Assembly (NCBI GenBank): GCA_018671245.1
Contig: JABHIB010000002.1
Location: 141 to 64,140, forward strand
Origin: an archaeon
GTDB lineage: Archaea > Nanobdellota > Nanobdellia > SCGC-AAA011-G17 > PNOQ01
DNA: 64,000 nucleotides
Reading direction: 5' to 3'
Below are positions 38,771 through 50,680 of this stretch, one piece after another (the stretch's first letter is position 1; each line of letters opens with the position of its first letter). Below the pieces are notes generated by a model. It was not told the origin of the DNA. It did no database searches and worked only from the letters and a program-made list of their open reading frames with translations. The position numbers were made by a program, and so were the translations under genes.

Positions 38771-40573
38771 ATGGCAGATGTATATTTAGATGAAATATTT
38801 GTAGGATTTGTTGATGATCATAATAAATTCATTACAGAAGTTAAACAGTTAAGAAGAGAGAGTAAGGTTTCTAAAGTATTAAACTTACATTATGACGAGG
38901 GTGCTAATGAAATCATAATTGAAACAACTAGAGGTAGACTTAGAAGGCCTTTGATAATTGTTGAAAATGGTAAACCTAAATTAAATAATGATCATGTTGA
39001 AGATCTTGATTCTGGAAAGATATCTTGGAAAGATTTAATTGATGATGGGGTAATCGAATATGTTGATGCTTGTGAAGAAGAAGATTGTTTTGTTGCTATC
39101 CAAGAAGAGGATTTAACTACAAAACACACACATCTTGAGATAAGTCCTATAACTATTCTTGGTGTTTGTACATCTCTTGTACCTTATTCAAATTTTGGAA
39201 GTTCATCAAGATTGATAAGAGGTTCTAAGATTCAGAAACAATCAATGGGATTATATTCTACTAATTTTTTAAATAGACTTGATACTGATGCTAATTTGCT
39301 TCACTATCCTCAGAAACCTATTGTAAAAACATTTATGCATGATGTTTTTAATTATGATAAAAATCCTTCTGGACAGAATTTTGTTATTGCTGTTATGAGT
39401 TATGACGGATATAACATGGAGGATGCACTTATTGTTAATAAAGGAAGTATTGATAGAGGTTTAGCTAGATCTACTTTCTTCAAACCTTATAACTTAGAAG
39501 AATTAAGATATTCAGGTGGTTTAAGAGATGAAGTTGGTATCCCTGATAAGGAAGTTAAAGGTTACAAATCAGAAGAAGATTATAGATTCCTTGAATTAGA
39601 TGGTATAGCTCATACTGGTGCTAAAGTTGATGCAGATGATATTATTATCGGTAGATCAAGTCCTCCTAGATTCCTTTCAGGATTAGAAGAATTTAGTGTT
39701 GCTGCAAATGTTAGAAGGGAGAGTTCTATTAGTCTTGGAGAAGGAGCAAACGGTATTGTTGATATGACTCTTTTAACAGAGAGTGGTTCAGGAAACAGGA
39801 TGATCCAAACTAGATTGAGACAACCTAAAACTCCTGAAATTGGTGATAAATTTGCATCCAGACATGGACAGAAAGGTATTATTGGTATGATGTATCCTCA
39901 TGAGGACATGCCGTTTACTGAGTCTGGAATTATTCCTGATATAATTTTCTCTCCACACAGTCTTCCTGGAAGAATGACAGTTTCTCACATGATTGAGATT
40001 TTGGCTGGAAAAGTTGGAGCACTAAATGGTGAGTATATTGATGCTACTAGTTTCGATACACCTTCAGAGGATAGACTTAGGACAACTCTGTCTGAGCTTG
40101 GATTTAGAGAGAACGGTACAGAGGTAATGTATAACGGTTTGACAGGTCAAAGATTCAAGGCGAGAATATTCGTTGGAAATATATATTATTTAAGACTTAA
40201 ACATTTAGCAGACAAGAAATTACATGCTAGAGCTGCAGGTAGAATTCAATTATTAACAAGACAACCTGTTGAAGGAAGAGCTATGGGTGGAGGATTGAGA
40301 CTTGGAGAGATGGAGAAAGATTGTTTAGTTGCACATGGTGCATCTCTATTATTGAAAGAAAGGTTCGATTCAGATAAGACTAAGCTTTATGTGTGTGAAG
40401 ATTGTGAAATGGTTGCTATTTTTGACAACTATAGAAATAAATCTTATTGTCCGCGTTGTGGAAATGCCGCAAAGGTAAGTCCTGTTGAGATGAGTTATGC
40501 ATTCAAACTTTTATTGGATGAGTTAAAATCTATGGGAATTTTCCCTAGTTTGAAATTGGGGGATAAATTTTGA
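38771..40573 (+). CDS. rpoB1: RNA polymerase subunit B' (Rpo2C)
   Basis: GYNMEDA, GDKFASRHGQKG, GGLRLGEMEKD. Confidence 0.96.
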   Translation: MADVYLDEIFVGFVDDHNKFITEVKQLRRESKVSKVLNLHYDEGANEIIIETTRGRLRRPLIIVENGKPKLNNDHVEDLDSGKISWKDLIDDGVIEYVDACEEEDCFVAIQEEDLTTKHTHLEISPITILGVCTSLVPYSNFGSSSRLIRGSKIQKQSMGLYSTNFLNRLDTDANLLHYPQKPIVKTFMHDVFNYDKNPSGQNFVIAVMSYDGYNMEDALIVNKGSIDRGLARSTFFKPYNLEELRYSGGLRDEVGIPDKEVKGYKSEEDYRFLELDGIAHTGAKVDADDIIIGRSSPPRFLSGLEEFSVAANVRRESSISLGEGANGIVDMTLLTESGSGNRMIQTRLRQPKTPEIGDKFASRHGQKGIIGMMYPHEDMPFTESGIIPDIIFSPHSLPGRMTVSHMIEILAGKVGALNGEYIDATSFDTPSEDRLRTTLSELGFRENGTEVMYNGLTGQRFKARIFVGNIYYLRLKHLADKKLHARAAGRIQLLTRQPVEGRAMGGGLRLGEMEKDCLVAHGASLLLKERFDSDKTKLYVCEDCEMVAIFDNYRNKSYCPRCGNAAKVSPVEMSYAFKLLLDELKSMGIFPSLKLGDKF

Positions 40574-40575
40574 AA

Positions 40576-43170
40576 ATGGTCGAATCTATAACTAATAAAA
40601 TTAAATCAATTAAATTTAGTCTGCTTTCTCCTAGTGAGATTAAGAAGATGTCTGTCGCGAAAATAGTTACTCCTGAATTGTATGATAGGGAAGGTTATCC
40701 TGTTGATGGAGGATTAATGGACATTAGACTTGGTGTTATTGATCCAGGTTTGAGATGTAAAACTTGTGGACAGAAATTGAGAGAGTGTATTGGACACTTT
40801 GGACATGTTGATTTTGCTAGACCTGTAATTCATATAAGTTTTATAGATAAAGTTCTTGCATTCTTGAGAACTTCATGTAAAGATTGTGGAAGAGTTTTGG
40901 CAACAGAAGAAAAAATTCGAAAACAATATGATGAATTGGAAAGAGTTTCTAAGGAAAAAACTGTCAAAGATAGAGAGATTGCTATTAGAAAATTTGTAAA
41001 TTCTCTTAAATTGATTACTAAATGTCCTCATTGTAATGTTAAACAAGAGAAAGTAACTATAGATAAACCTACAACTATTTTTGGTGATGGTAAAAGATTA
41101 AGTCCTATTGAGATTAGATCAAGATTGGAAAAAATTAATGATGAGGATCTAGAATTATATGGGATTAATGCTAAGTCTGCTAGACCTGAATGGATGGTTT
41201 TGACTATATTGCCTGTATCTCCAGTAACTATTAGGCCAAGTATAACTTTGCAGAGTGGTGAGAGAAGTGAGGACGATATAACTCATAAGGTTGGAGATAT
41301 AGTTAGAATAAATCAGAGATTATTTGAAAATATAAATGCTGGTGCGCCAGAAGTTATTATAGAAGATCTTTGGGATTTGTTACAGTACCACGTTACAACC
41401 TTATTTAATAATGCTGTAACTCAAGTTCCTGTTGCAAGGCATAGATCTGGTCAGCCTTTGAAAACTCTAACACAAAGAATTAAGAGTAAAGAGGGTAGAT
41501 TTAGACATAATCTTGCTGGAAAGAGAGTTAATTATTCTTCTAGGGCAGTTATTAGTCCTGATCCAAAAATTAAGTTTAATGAAGTTGGAATTCCTCAATC
41601 TGTAGCTATGACTTTGACTGTTCCTGAACAAGTTACTGAATGGAACTTAGATTGGTTAAAAAAATTAGTTGAGAATGGTCCAACTAAATATCCAGGAGCA
41701 AATTATGTTATTAGCCCTGATGGAAAGAAAAAGAAAGTTACTGTGGAATCTATTGAATTATTATTAGAAGAGCTTGAACAAGGATATGTTGTTGAGAGAC
41801 ATCTTCTTGATGGAGATATATCTATCTTTAACAGGCAACCAAGTCTTCACAGAATGAGCATAATGGGTCACATAATTAAATTATTACCTGGAAAGAGTTT
41901 CAGATTAAATCCTTCTGTTTGTTCACCTTATGGTGCGGATTTCGATGGAGATGAGATGAACCTTCATATTCCTCAGACTCCAGAAGCAAGGGCAGAAGCT
42001 ATGATATTACTTAATGTAGAGAATAATATCATAAGTCCTAAGAATGGATTTAATGTTGTTGGTTCTATTGCTGATGCTATAACTGGGAATTATCTTCTTA
42101 CAAAGAAGATCAAACTTCCTAAGGATGAGGCAATACATCTATTAGTATCTATAGGAATATATGATTCTGAGAAATTTTCCGGATTTGGAGATGAAGTTAG
42201 TGGAAAAGAAATATTCAGTACATTATTACCTGATGATTTAAATTTCGTAGGTTATTCTAAGGAGTATTCTGAAGATAATCCTGATGATGCTTATGTTGTT
42301 AAAATAAAAGATGGAAAATTAATTGGTGGAATTATTGATAAAGCTACAATTGGCGAAGATAATGGTAGTTTAGTTAGAACTATTTATTCTAAGTACGATA
42401 ATAGTGTAGCTTTAAACATAATTAATAATATGTCAAAGTTAGGTTTAATGGTATTATTACGTCACGGATTTACAACATCTATCTCTGATACTGATCTTCC
42501 AGAAAAAATAAGAAATAGAAATACTGTTTTATTAAAAGCTGCAAATTCTGAAGTTGAGAAATTGATTAAAGATTTTTACGCAGGTAAAATTGAAGCAATT
42601 CCTGGTAATAGTGTAGAAGATACATTAGAATTAAAGATTGTAGAGATTTTGAATAAAGTAAGAAACAAAATTGGTAAACAGGTTTCTGATTCAATTAAAG
42701 AAAACTCCACAGTTATCATGGCAAATTCCGGAGCACAAGGTAATTTCCTTAATATAGCTCAGATGTCTGCATGTGTTGGACAGCAATCTATGAAGGGTAA
42801 AAGGGTAGTTGGTGGATATGATGGTAGAACTCTTTCAGTATTTAATAAAGGAGATCTTAGTCCTTCATCTAGAGGATTTATTCAGCAAGGATATAGGCAA
42901 GGTATGAGTCCAACTGAATACTTTTTCGGAGCTATGACTGGTAGAGATGGTCTGATGGATACTGCTCTTAGAACACCAAAGTCCGGATATTTATATAGGA
43001 GACTAGCGAATGCCTTACAAGATATTAAGGTAGAATATGATAATACTGTTCGTGATGCTTATGGGAATATTATCCAATTTAAGTATGGTGAAGATGGTAT
43101 AGATATCTCAAAAAGTGACGGTGGAACTATAAATGTTAATAAAATAATTAAGGAGATTAGAGGTAAATAA
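40576..43170 (+). CDS. rpoA1: RNA polymerase subunit A' (Rpo1N)
   Basis: Catalytic [17 protein letters not shown], zinc-binding Cys motifs. Confidence 0.97.
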   Translation: MVESITNKIKSIKFSLLSPSEIKKMSVAKIVTPELYDREGYPVDGGLMDIRLGVIDPGLRCKTCGQKLRECIGHFGHVDFARPVIHISFIDKVLAFLRTSCKDCGRVLATEEKIRKQYDELERVSKEKTVKDREIAIRKFVNSLKLITKCPHCNVKQEKVTIDKPTTIFGDGKRLSPIEIRSRLEKINDEDLELYGINAKSARPEWMVLTILPVSPVTIRPSITLQSGERSEDDITHKVGDIVRINQRLFENINAGAPEVIIEDLWDLLQYHVTTLFNNAVTQVPVARHRSGQPLKTLTQRIKSKEGRFRHNLAGKRVNYSSRAVISPDPKIKFNEVGIPQSVAMTLTVPEQVTEWNLDWLKKLVENGPTKYPGANYVISPDGKKKKVTVESIELLLEELEQGYVVERHLLDGDISIFNRQPSLHRMSIMGHIIKLLPGKSFRLNPSVCSPYGADFDGDEMNLHIPQTPEARAEAMILLNVENNIISPKNGFNVVGSIADAITGNYLLTKKIKLPKDEAIHLLVSIGIYDSEKFSGFGDEVSGKEIFSTLLPDDLNFVGYSKEYSEDNPDDAYVVKIKDGKLIGGIIDKATIGEDNGSLVRTIYSKYDNSVALNIINNMSKLGLMVLLRHGFTTSISDTDLPEKIRNRNTVLLKAANSEVEKLIKDFYAGKIEAIPGNSVEDTLELKIVEILNKVRNKIGKQVSDSIKENSTVIMANSGAQGNFLNIAQMSACVGQQSMKGKRVVGGYDGRTLSVFNKGDLSPSSRGFIQQGYRQGMSPTEYFFGAMTGRDGLMDTALRTPKSGYLYRRLANALQDIKVEYDNTVRDAYGNIIQFKYGEDGIDISKSDGGTINVNKIIKEIRGK

Positions 43171-43171
43171 A

Positions 43172-44335
43172 ATGGCTGATGTATATAAAAAATATGAAGA
43201 TTTTATCTCTCCTAAATTATTAGAAGAAATAAAAACTAAAGTTGAAGTAGAAAAATTGAGTTCTGCAGAGATTACTAAAGTTCTAGATAGAGTTGCAGAA
43301 GAATTTGAAAACTCCTTAGTTGAGCCTGGTGAGTCTGTTGGTCTTGTAACTGCTGAATCAATCGGAGAGTCCGGTACTCAGATGACGCTGGATGTATTCC
43401 ACTTTGCTGGAGTTGCAGAACTTCAGGTTACTATGGGATTGCCAAGATTGATAGAGATTTTTGATGCTCGTTTGAACCCAAAAACTCCTGAGATGGAAGT
43501 TAGACTTAAATCTAAATATACTAAAGATGAAAAAACAATAAGAAGAGTTGCAAGTTATTTGAAAGAGATAACTTTGGAAGATATAAGTTCAGAATTCTCT
43601 TTAAATCTTGTTAAGGGAAGTATCGAGGTAGTTTTGGATCTTGAGAAAATAAAGGCTTTTGGATTTGAGATTAAAGATATAGTTAGTAAATTGATTGAGG
43701 AATTAAAAGATGTCAATGTTAAAGAATCAAAAGGTATACTTATGTTAGAATCTATATCTGGTGATTTAGAATTATCTCAATTATATAAATTAAAAGAAAA
43801 GGTTAGAGAAGTAGTTCTTAGAGGAATTCCAGGAATTACACAAGTCATGCCAGTGAAAAGAAATAATAAATTTGTTGTTTCTTGTGGTGGTTCTAATGTG
43901 AGTAAAGTATTAGAAATGGAAGAAGTTGATGCAAAATATGTTACATCAAATAATCTTTTCGAAATAGCTTCTTCTCTTGGTATCGAGGCTGCAAGACAGA
44001 CAATAATTAACGAGGCTTTAGCAGTTATTGAAAATCAGGGTCTTGATGTTGATGTAAGACATATCTTACTATTAGCTGAATTAATGACTACTACTGGAAA
44101 AATAAAAGGTATAACTCGTGGTGGAATAGCTGGAGAGAAAGAAAGTGTTTTGGCAAGAGCAAGTTTCGAGATGCCAATGAAGCACCTTGTTGATGCTAGC
44201 GTCAGAGGAGAGTCTGATGAACTTAGAAGTGTAATTGAAAATGTAATTGTAAATCAACCTGTTCCAAATGGAACTGGATTACCTGTTCTTGTTTCTAAAG
44301 AACATAAAAAAGTTAAGAAGGAGAATAAAAAATGA
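43172..44335 (+). CDS. rpoA2: RNA polymerase subunit A'' (Rpo1C)
   Basis: [26 protein letters not shown]. Confidence 0.96.
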   Translation: MADVYKKYEDFISPKLLEEIKTKVEVEKLSSAEITKVLDRVAEEFENSLVEPGESVGLVTAESIGESGTQMTLDVFHFAGVAELQVTMGLPRLIEIFDARLNPKTPEMEVRLKSKYTKDEKTIRRVASYLKEITLEDISSEFSLNLVKGSIEVVLDLEKIKAFGFEIKDIVSKLIEELKDVNVKESKGILMLESISGDLELSQLYKLKEKVREVVLRGIPGITQVMPVKRNNKFVVSCGGSNVSKVLEMEEVDAKYVTSNNLFEIASSLGIEAARQTIINEALAVIENQGLDVDVRHILLLAELMTTTGKIKGITRGGIAGEKESVLARASFEMPMKHLVDASVRGESDELRSVIENVIVNQPVPNGTGLPVLVSKEHKKVKKENKK

Positions 44336-44589
44336 GTTTAGCAAATTTAAGACCTGCACTTGAAGAGAAAAAGGTGGTTTTTGGAACTGAACGAGCTTTG
44401 AAGGCATTAAAGTCTGAGAAAGTTGAAGAGTTATTCATTTCAAAAAATTGCCCTATCGATTTGAAAGAAAGGTTAATAAAATATGCAAAGATTAAAGAGG
44501 TTCTTGTTACAGAACTTAAAGAATCCAATGATGAACTTGGTGCTTTATGTAAAAAACCTTTTTCTGTTAATGTTTGTTATATTATATAA
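44332..44589 (+). CDS. rpl30e: 50S ribosomal protein L30e
   Basis: L7Ae/L30e fold; [10 protein letters not shown]; synteny. Confidence 0.88.
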   Translation: MSLANLRPALEEKKVVFGTERALKALKSEKVEELFISKNCPIDLKERLIKYAKIKEVLVTELKESNDELGALCKKPFSVNVCYII

Positions 44590-44591
44590 AA

Positions 44592-45002
44592 ATGGGTACA
44601 TACGATAAAAGAATAATTGACTATATCAATCTGTTTGAGAATATCACAAGATCGAGTGTTAGAGATTGTTTTTTTCAAAATGACATCCTCGTGTTTGTTG
44701 TAACTGAAGGACAGGCAAGTAAGGCTATTGGGAAAAATGGTAGAAATGTCATAAAGTTTGCGAGGCTGATTAATAAACGATTAAAAGTAATAGAATACCA
44801 TTCAGATCCTTTAAAATTCATGAGAAATCTTATAGCTCCTATAAAACCAAAAGATATAAAATTGGAAGATAAAACTTTAGAAGTGTTCGTTGAAAACACA
44901 AAAGACAAAGGTTTATTAATAGGAAGAGATAAAAGGAATTTAGAAAATTTTAAAAAGGTAATGAAAAGTTACTTCAAGGTAGAAAATATCAAAATAAGAT
45001 AA
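44592..45002 (+). CDS. nusA: archaeal NusA
   Basis: KH domains; AIGKNG, LIGRD; synteny. Confidence 0.92.
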   Translation: MGTYDKRIIDYINLFENITRSSVRDCFFQNDILVFVVTEGQASKAIGKNGRNVIKFARLINKRLKVIEYHSDPLKFMRNLIAPIKPKDIKLEDKTLEVFVENTKDKGLLIGRDKRNLENFKKVMKSYFKVENIKIR

Positions 45003-45004
45003 AA

Positions 45005-45442
45005 ATGGCAAAAAAAAGCAAGGGATTAAATTCAGCAAAAAAACTCATGAGTAGAAGAGTTCAGTTTAGATGGAAAGATAGCTACTTCACTCGAAGAGCT
45101 CTTGGTTTGAAAAAAAAGTCAGATCCTATGAAGGGAAGTTCTCAAGGTTCAGCTATTGTATTAGAAAAAGTACAAATTGAAGCTAAGCAGCCAAACTCCG
45201 CCCTTAGAAAATGTGTAAAATGCCAATTAGTTAAAACTGGAAAGAAAATAACTGCTTTTGTTCCAGGAGATAATGCAATTAAATTCATAGATGAGCACGA
45301 TAGTGTTATGGTAGAGTGTTTAGGTGGAGCTAAAGGTAGATCCAAAGGAGATTTATCAGGTATTAGGTTCCAAGTTATCAAAGTTAATGATCAAAGTTTA
45401 AATGCTCTTGTTAAAGGAAAAATAGAGAAAGGTAGAAGATGA
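45005..45442 (+). CDS. rps12: 30S ribosomal protein S12
   Basis: [19 protein letters not shown]. Confidence 0.97.
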   Translation: MAKKSKGLNSAKKLMSRRVQFRWKDSYFTRRALGLKKKSDPMKGSSQGSAIVLEKVQIEAKQPNSALRKCVKCQLVKTGKKITAFVPGDNAIKFIDEHDSVMVECLGGAKGRSKGDLSGIRFQVIKVNDQSLNALVKGKIEKGRR

Positions 45443-46038
45443 TAAAATTATTCGGTGAGTGGGATACTAGTAATATTAAAGTTGAAGAGGCTGCTTTAGT
45501 CCCTTATATTGATTTAAAACCTTTAATGGTTCCTAGAACTTGTGGAAGAAGTGCACAAGGTAGTAGGGTTTGGGGAACAAAGATACATATAGTTGAGAGA
45601 TTAATAAATAAATTAATGGTTCCTGGGCACAGAGGTAAGAAACACAAAATAAGTTCTGGACATTGTGCAGGTAAGGCTACAAAATCTTATAATATCGTTT
45701 ATAAAACATTCAAATTAATTGAAAAAAGTTTAGGTAAAAACCCTGTTGAGGTTTTTGTTAAGGCTGTTGAAAATTCTGCTCCAAGAGAAGAAGTTATCTC
45801 TATCGAGTATGGTGGAGCTAGATATACAAAAGCTGTTGAAGTTGCTCCTCAGAGAAGAGTAGATCTTGTTCTTAAATTAATGGCACAAGGTGCATATGCA
45901 AAAGCTTTCAATTCTAAAGTTGATGTTGAGAGAACTCTTGCAAATGAGATTATTGCTGCTTATAAGATGGATGTTCAAGCGAGCGGAGCATTGAGTAAGA
46001 AACTAGATCTTGAAAGACAATCAGATGCATCTAGATAA
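45439..46038 (+). CDS. rps7: 30S ribosomal protein S7
   Basis: [24 protein letters not shown]. Confidence 0.96.
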   Translation: MIKLFGEWDTSNIKVEEAALVPYIDLKPLMVPRTCGRSAQGSRVWGTKIHIVERLINKLMVPGHRGKKHKISSGHCAGKATKSYNIVYKTFKLIEKSLGKNPVEVFVKAVENSAPREEVISIEYGGARYTKAVEVAPQRRVDLVLKLMAQGAYAKAFNSKVDVERTLANEIIAAYKMDVQASGALSKKLDLERQSDASR

Positions 46039-46070
46039 TCTTATATACTTTTTATTTCTTATTTAGTTTT

Positions 46071-46256
46071 ATGGCAGAAAAATTTTTCAAAACACTACCT
46101 ATTGATTTTAAGTTCGATATTCCCTTGAATGAAAAAGATATTGAATATCAAAGGGCGAAATTGATGTTAGAGATTTTTAAAGAGTTAGAAAAACGTAGTG
46201 AGGATCATCCTGATGATTGTCCTTGGTGTAAAAAAGATTATGAGAAAAATCATTAA
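46071..46256 (+). CDS. small hypothetical protein with HxxxCxxC motif
   Basis: HPDDCPWC; upstream TATA. Confidence 0.55.
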   Translation: MAEKFFKTLPIDFKFDIPLNEKDIEYQRAKLMLEIFKELEKRSEDHPDDCPWCKKDYEKNH

Positions 46257-46289
46257 GTTTATAAATGACTTTTTTTAATTGTTGATAAA

Positions 46290-46772
46290 ATGGATAATGA
46301 ACTAACTGTTGAATTTGAAAATAAATTTAAATTATTCAAAAATGATGTAGGATTGAAATCTAGTTTTAAGAAATTAGATGGAGCCTTTTTATTGAAAGAT
46401 TCTATTCTAGAAGAAGGTTTTGTCGGAGAGGATGTATCTCGTACTTTATCTAGAAGAATAGTTGATGTTTACACATATTGGGCGAATAACATACATGGTT
46501 TAATCTTACCAAATCCTGGTTCAATCATAAGTATAACTCAGCATGATATGTTTGATGAATCTGAAAGAAATGAGATGAGTATTCTTTTAAACAAAATGCT
46601 TGCGTTGACTAGCAGAAATTCAGTTCTATCTCTAACAAGAGATAAAAAAGAAGAAGCAAAATTCATTGATGATTCTTTGAAATTCTGGACTAAAGAACTT
46701 TCTCCAAAGATGAAAGTCATATATAATAAGATTAGTGTGTCTTGGGAAAAGAAAGCTAATCAAAAATACTAA
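46290..46772 (+). CDS. hypothetical protein
   Basis: 160-aa ORF, TTTATAAA upstream. Confidence 0.65.
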   Translation: MDNELTVEFENKFKLFKNDVGLKSSFKKLDGAFLLKDSILEEGFVGEDVSRTLSRRIVDVYTYWANNIHGLILPNPGSIISITQHDMFDESERNEMSILLNKMLALTSRNSVLSLTRDKKEEAKFIDDSLKFWTKELSPKMKVIYNKISVSWEKKANQKY

Positions 46773-46809
46773 AAGAAACGTTTTTAAATCTTTTATTTAA
46801 GATATTAAT

Positions 46810-47766
46810 ATGATATGTTTAGGTATTGAATCTACTGCACACACTTTTGGTGTAGGTATTGTAAATGAAAAGAAAGTTCTAGCTAATGTTAAGGAATCTT
46901 ATACTACTGAATCTGGTGGAATGAATCCAATTGAGGTTTCTAGAGCTCATGAAAAAATTTACAAAAAGGTTATTGATCTTGCCCTTTCTGAAGCAAATCT
47001 TTTGCTTAGTGATATTGATATTGTTTCATATTCTAGGGGTCCAGGCTTTGGCACTTGTTTGAAAGTTGCTATGAAAGCTGTTGAAGAGATTGGTAAGCCT
47101 TTTGTTGGTGTCAATCACTGTGTTTCTCATTTAGAAGTCGGAAAATTTGCAACGAAGGCTAAAGATCCTGTTTTATTATATGCTTCTGGAGCTAACACTC
47201 AAGTTATAGCATATGAGGGCAAAAAATACCGCGTTTTTGGAGAGACTTTGGATATGGGTGTTGGGAACTTTATTGATTCTTTTGCACGCTATATGGGGCT
47301 AGGATTCCCTGGTGGGCCAAAAATTTCCATACTCTCTGAGGAATCTGATAAAGAATTCATTAAATTGCCATATGTTGTTAAGGGAATGGATGTTTCTTTC
47401 AGTGGACTATTAACAAATCTTAAACAAAAATATGATTCTAGAAATTATAAGAAAGGTAATCTTGCTTATTCTATGCAAGAGACTACTTTTGCAATGTTAT
47501 TAGAGGTTGCTGAGCGAGCTATGGCGCATTGTGATAAAAAGGAGCTTTTGCTTGGCGGAGGTGTGGCGTGTAATAAACGACTACAAGAGATGGCTAAGAA
47601 AATGTGCGAAGAACGAGGTGCGAAGTGTTTTATCCCACCCAATGAGTTAATGTTAGATAACGGTGCGATGATTGCTGTCAGCGGACTTTATCATTATAAG
47701 AAAGGTAGAAAAGAAAAATTAGAAATCAGACCTTATGAAAGGACTGATGATGTTAAAGTTGATTAA
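46810..47766 (+). CDS. kae1: tRNA t6A threonylcarbamoyltransferase Kae1/TsaD
   Basis: GIESTAHT, VNHCVSH, SGANTQ, GETLD, DNGAMIA. Confidence 0.96.
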   Translation: MICLGIESTAHTFGVGIVNEKKVLANVKESYTTESGGMNPIEVSRAHEKIYKKVIDLALSEANLLLSDIDIVSYSRGPGFGTCLKVAMKAVEEIGKPFVGVNHCVSHLEVGKFATKAKDPVLLYASGANTQVIAYEGKKYRVFGETLDMGVGNFIDSFARYMGLGFPGGPKISILSEESDKEFIKLPYVVKGMDVSFSGLLTNLKQKYDSRNYKKGNLAYSMQETTFAMLLEVAERAMAHCDKKELLLGGGVACNKRLQEMAKKMCEERGAKCFIPPNELMLDNGAMIAVSGLYHYKKGRKEKLEIRPYERTDDVKVD

Positions 47767-48353
47767 TTATGTACAGCCAAACCTGTTAGATATTTTGCTA
47801 ATCCACTTTTTGGTTTTGGAACTCCGAGAATTGTATCTATAAATATTGATCCTTCTCCACCACCATAATTATATACTGCATATCTGTCTGAGCTCATTTC
47901 ATTGAATGAAACATCGAAAGTGTACCATTTAAATTCATTTGTTAGCGAACCTTCTCCAACCTTTCTTGTTGGTCCCCAGATTTCAAAACTGGAATCTGAT
48001 CCATCATTTTTCATATAAAGTGATAGTATCACTATTTTTTTTTCGAAATCTAGATGTAAAAAGTGATCTTCTCCTTCTCCAGGAATTGAAGTAGGATTTA
48101 GTAATATGTAAGAATTATCTTTATCTAATAGTTCTTTTGATGCGGAAGAAATCACATCATGTTCATTTGTTTTTAATAATGCTGCAGCCATTGGCGATAT
48201 TGCTTCATCAACATCATCTATATCGAAACCTTCGCTTACTGCTTTTCCTGTTATTGAGCTGTATTGGTATTCTTCTAATACTGCTCCTAACCCTATTGAG
48301 AAGCTTATTAAGATTATTAATACCATCATGTAGTTAGTTTTATGGATTTTCAT
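47763..48353 (-). CDS. secreted hypothetical protein
   Basis: N-terminal hydrophobic helix; ITGKAV and C-terminal LTGLAV motifs. Confidence 0.6.
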   Translation of the reverse strand: MKIHKTNYMMVLIILISFSIGLGAVLEEYQYSSITGKAVSEGFDIDDVDEAISPMAAALLKTNEHDVISSASKELLDKDNSYILLNPTSIPGEGEDHFLHLDFEKKIVILSLYMKNDGSDSSFEIWGPTRKVGEGSLTNEFKWYTFDVSFNEMSSDRYAVYNYGGGEGSIFIDTILGVPKPKSGLAKYLTGLAVHN

Positions 48354-48362
48354 TTTTATTAG

Positions 48363-49436
48363 TTAAAATAACCTTTTAATAAAATTGATTATTGTATTAA
48401 AAAGGTTTTCTCTTTTTTCATCTTGTTCAAGTGTAACTTTTCCTGTTATTTCTTGTCCTATTGGGGCTTTTGTTTCTGGTGATAGTTCTAATACACCTAA
48501 TTTTATGTTATCTTCGTTGTTTTTGTCTTCCTCATTTATTATTTCTAGCGAGTATTCTAAATCTGATGTAATGCATTGTCCTGTTAGATCGACTTCAATT
48601 ATTTCTCCAGGTTGTAGTACATAATCTACATTCAAAGTTTCTTCTATCCCATTTGATGTGAAATTTAATTTAAAATCTGTTGATTTTGTTCCAACGTTTT
48701 TTATTTCTGTTTTTATTTGACAGTTGTTTTCCTTTACTGATAGTATTTTTAGATCTGCTTGTAATTTTTCTGATTCATTCATCGTTTCTTCAATTATGCA
48801 TGCTCCATCTTCACAACCATTTGGGCATACATGCCATGCACTATCACAACTATCAGTTTTTCCACAGCTGAATTCCATAACCAGAGTTTTATCTGCACTA
48901 CAATAGTCTGTAGGATATGCATTGTTCATGAATTTGCCTCTATCATCCTTACAGGTACCTTTTTTGAAGTAGTTTATGTTATTGTCTATAAAGTCTGAAC
49001 AAGAAGGCATGTGATTTATTGATTTTGTACTACTACCACCGCTACTAGAACTAGTTGATTGTTTTGAAGTTTCTGCTACGGATTCTTCTTCAGGTTCTAC
49101 TGATTCTTCTTTTGTAGGTTCTACTATTTCTTCTTTTGTAGTGATTTCTTTATCAATTGTTTCTACAATTTCTAGTTTTTTTGAAGGTTCTTCTTTCGGT
49201 TTTTCAACTATTTCTTTAGCTTCAACTTTCTTGGGTTCTGGAGGACTTAGAGGTTCTTTAGATTCAGAGATTGCTTCAGTAGCTTTTTCCGCTACTTCTA
49301 GAATTGCCATTCCTGTAATCGAGAAACCCTTGAAAAAGTCTTCAACATCTTCAAAAAAATTTGAGATAGAGTAAGCTGATGCTATTGGCATTAGTAAAAC
49401 TGCTAAAAATATTATTGCTGTCACTCTCTTTTTCAT
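48363..49436 (-). CDS. secreted protein with Glu-rich linker, Cys-rich module and CARDB-like domain
   Basis: Signal peptide; KGTC...DYC...EFSC...CPNGCEDGAC; ADLKI...IKNVG; ITGMAI and ITGKVT. Confidence 0.65.
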   Translation of the reverse strand: MKKRVTAIIFLAVLLMPIASAYSISNFFEDVEDFFKGFSITGMAILEVAEKATEAISESKEPLSPPEPKKVEAKEIVEKPKEEPSKKLEIVETIDKEITTKEEIVEPTKEESVEPEEESVAETSKQSTSSSSGGSSTKSINHMPSCSDFIDNNINYFKKGTCKDDRGKFMNNAYPTDYCSADKTLVMEFSCGKTDSCDSAWHVCPNGCEDGACIIEETMNESEKLQADLKILSVKENNCQIKTEIKNVGTKSTDFKLNFTSNGIEETLNVDYVLQPGEIIEVDLTGQCITSDLEYSLEIINEEDKNNEDNIKLGVLELSPETKAPIGQEITGKVTLEQDEKRENLFNTIINFIKRLF

Positions 49437-49472
49437 TAGCTTAAAATTACTTTGTTAAATATATAAGTTTTT

Positions 49473-50249
49473 CTATATTCTTTTGAGAATAAACTTAGGT
49501 GTTACAAATTCACTACCAATAATACCTTGAACCTTTGTTTTTTCTGATAGGTTTGCTTCTAATACTGGATTTGTTTCAGAAATTTTAGTTTTTGATTTTT
49601 TTGCAAATACTTTTATCATATTATTTATTTCTTTTGTCGTTTCGAATGTTAAATTAGTCTTTAATCCTTCTTCGAATTCTGTATCTACTAAAATCTGTTT
49701 ATTCGGACCGTTACAGTATATTGTTTTTATTTTTTGATCCATTAGTAATGGATCGATTTTTCCAAATACTTTATTTTTAGGAGAGTATTTTATCCTATAA
49801 ATTCCTTCTTCACTAACTTCTTCCTTCTTGTGTAGTGGAGTTATGTTTTCTTTGTAAGGATTTATTTTCTTTTTAATTATAGGTAATTCTGATTTTTTTA
49901 GTTTTGATTCTAAAACTGGTAGTGTTTTTATTGGTTTCTTTGCTAAGAAGTCTGGCATTTTTGTTGGTGTTTTTACAGGTAGTGTTGTAGTTCGTTGAGG
50001 ATAGAGGGGCAACCTTTCCAATCTTCTTATTGTTGGTTTTATTTCAGGAGCCTTATCTTTCTTTATGTCTTCTATTTTTACATGTCTTAATTGTCTTGGT
50101 CCTGCAGCATCTGCTAATGCTATCAAATATCTTTTTAGAAATATTGCTTTTGGATCACGAATTTTATCAATTTCTTTTGATACTTCTACAAATAACTTTT
50201 TAGCATCTTTTGCCGATTCATCGTGTATAAAAGAAATTTCTTTTTCCAT
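49473..50249 (-). CDS. protein with the N-terminal domain of a VirB11/FlaI/TadA secretion ATPase but no ATPase domain
   Basis: FGKIDPLLMDQKIKTIYCNGP...KTNLTF...ISETNPVLEANL...FILKR, then stop; no Walker A. Confidence 0.65.
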   Translation of the reverse strand: MEKEISFIHDESAKDAKKLFVEVSKEIDKIRDPKAIFLKRYLIALADAAGPRQLRHVKIEDIKKDKAPEIKPTIRRLERLPLYPQRTTTLPVKTPTKMPDFLAKKPIKTLPVLESKLKKSELPIIKKKINPYKENITPLHKKEEVSEEGIYRIKYSPKNKVFGKIDPLLMDQKIKTIYCNGPNKQILVDTEFEEGLKTNLTFETTKEINNMIKVFAKKSKTKISETNPVLEANLSEKTKVQGIIGSEFVTPKFILKRI

Positions 50250-50621
50250 TTAAATTTTAGGTAATGGTTTTGGAGTAAATCCTGTCGGTTCGTATGCAGT
50301 TCTACCTCTCACATATTTCTCGAGTAAAACTAAACCTTTTGCAAGATCTTTATTTTCATCTACCAACTCTCCTATTCTTGATGTTAGTTCTCCAATACGT
50401 TTGTCAGATAGTTCAACTTTACCAACATTTTTACTTGCTTCTTCGAATAATCCGACTAGCGTACTTATTCTTTTATTCAAATCATTGTTTGAGTTAACTA
50501 TATCTATAGAAATTTTTTGAAGTGTAAGAGTATTCTCAATTAATTTATCAATTTTATTATCTTGTTTTGTTGATGTTTTTTTTGGAGTTGCTTTTTTTTT
50601 AGTTTTCTTTTTAACAGGCAT
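50250..50621 (-). CDS. coiled-coil hypothetical protein
   Basis: LIENTLTLQK...LFEEASK...NKDLAKGLVLLE. Confidence 0.65.
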   Translation of the reverse strand: MPVKKKTKKKATPKKTSTKQDNKIDKLIENTLTLQKISIDIVNSNNDLNKRISTLVGLFEEASKNVGKVELSDKRIGELTSRIGELVDENKDLAKGLVLLEKYVRGRTAYEPTGFTPKPLPKI

Positions 50622-50680
50622 AATAATCGACCTCTTTAGTTTAATAAGTATAATTTAAAGAAGGAGGTATAAAAAGGTTT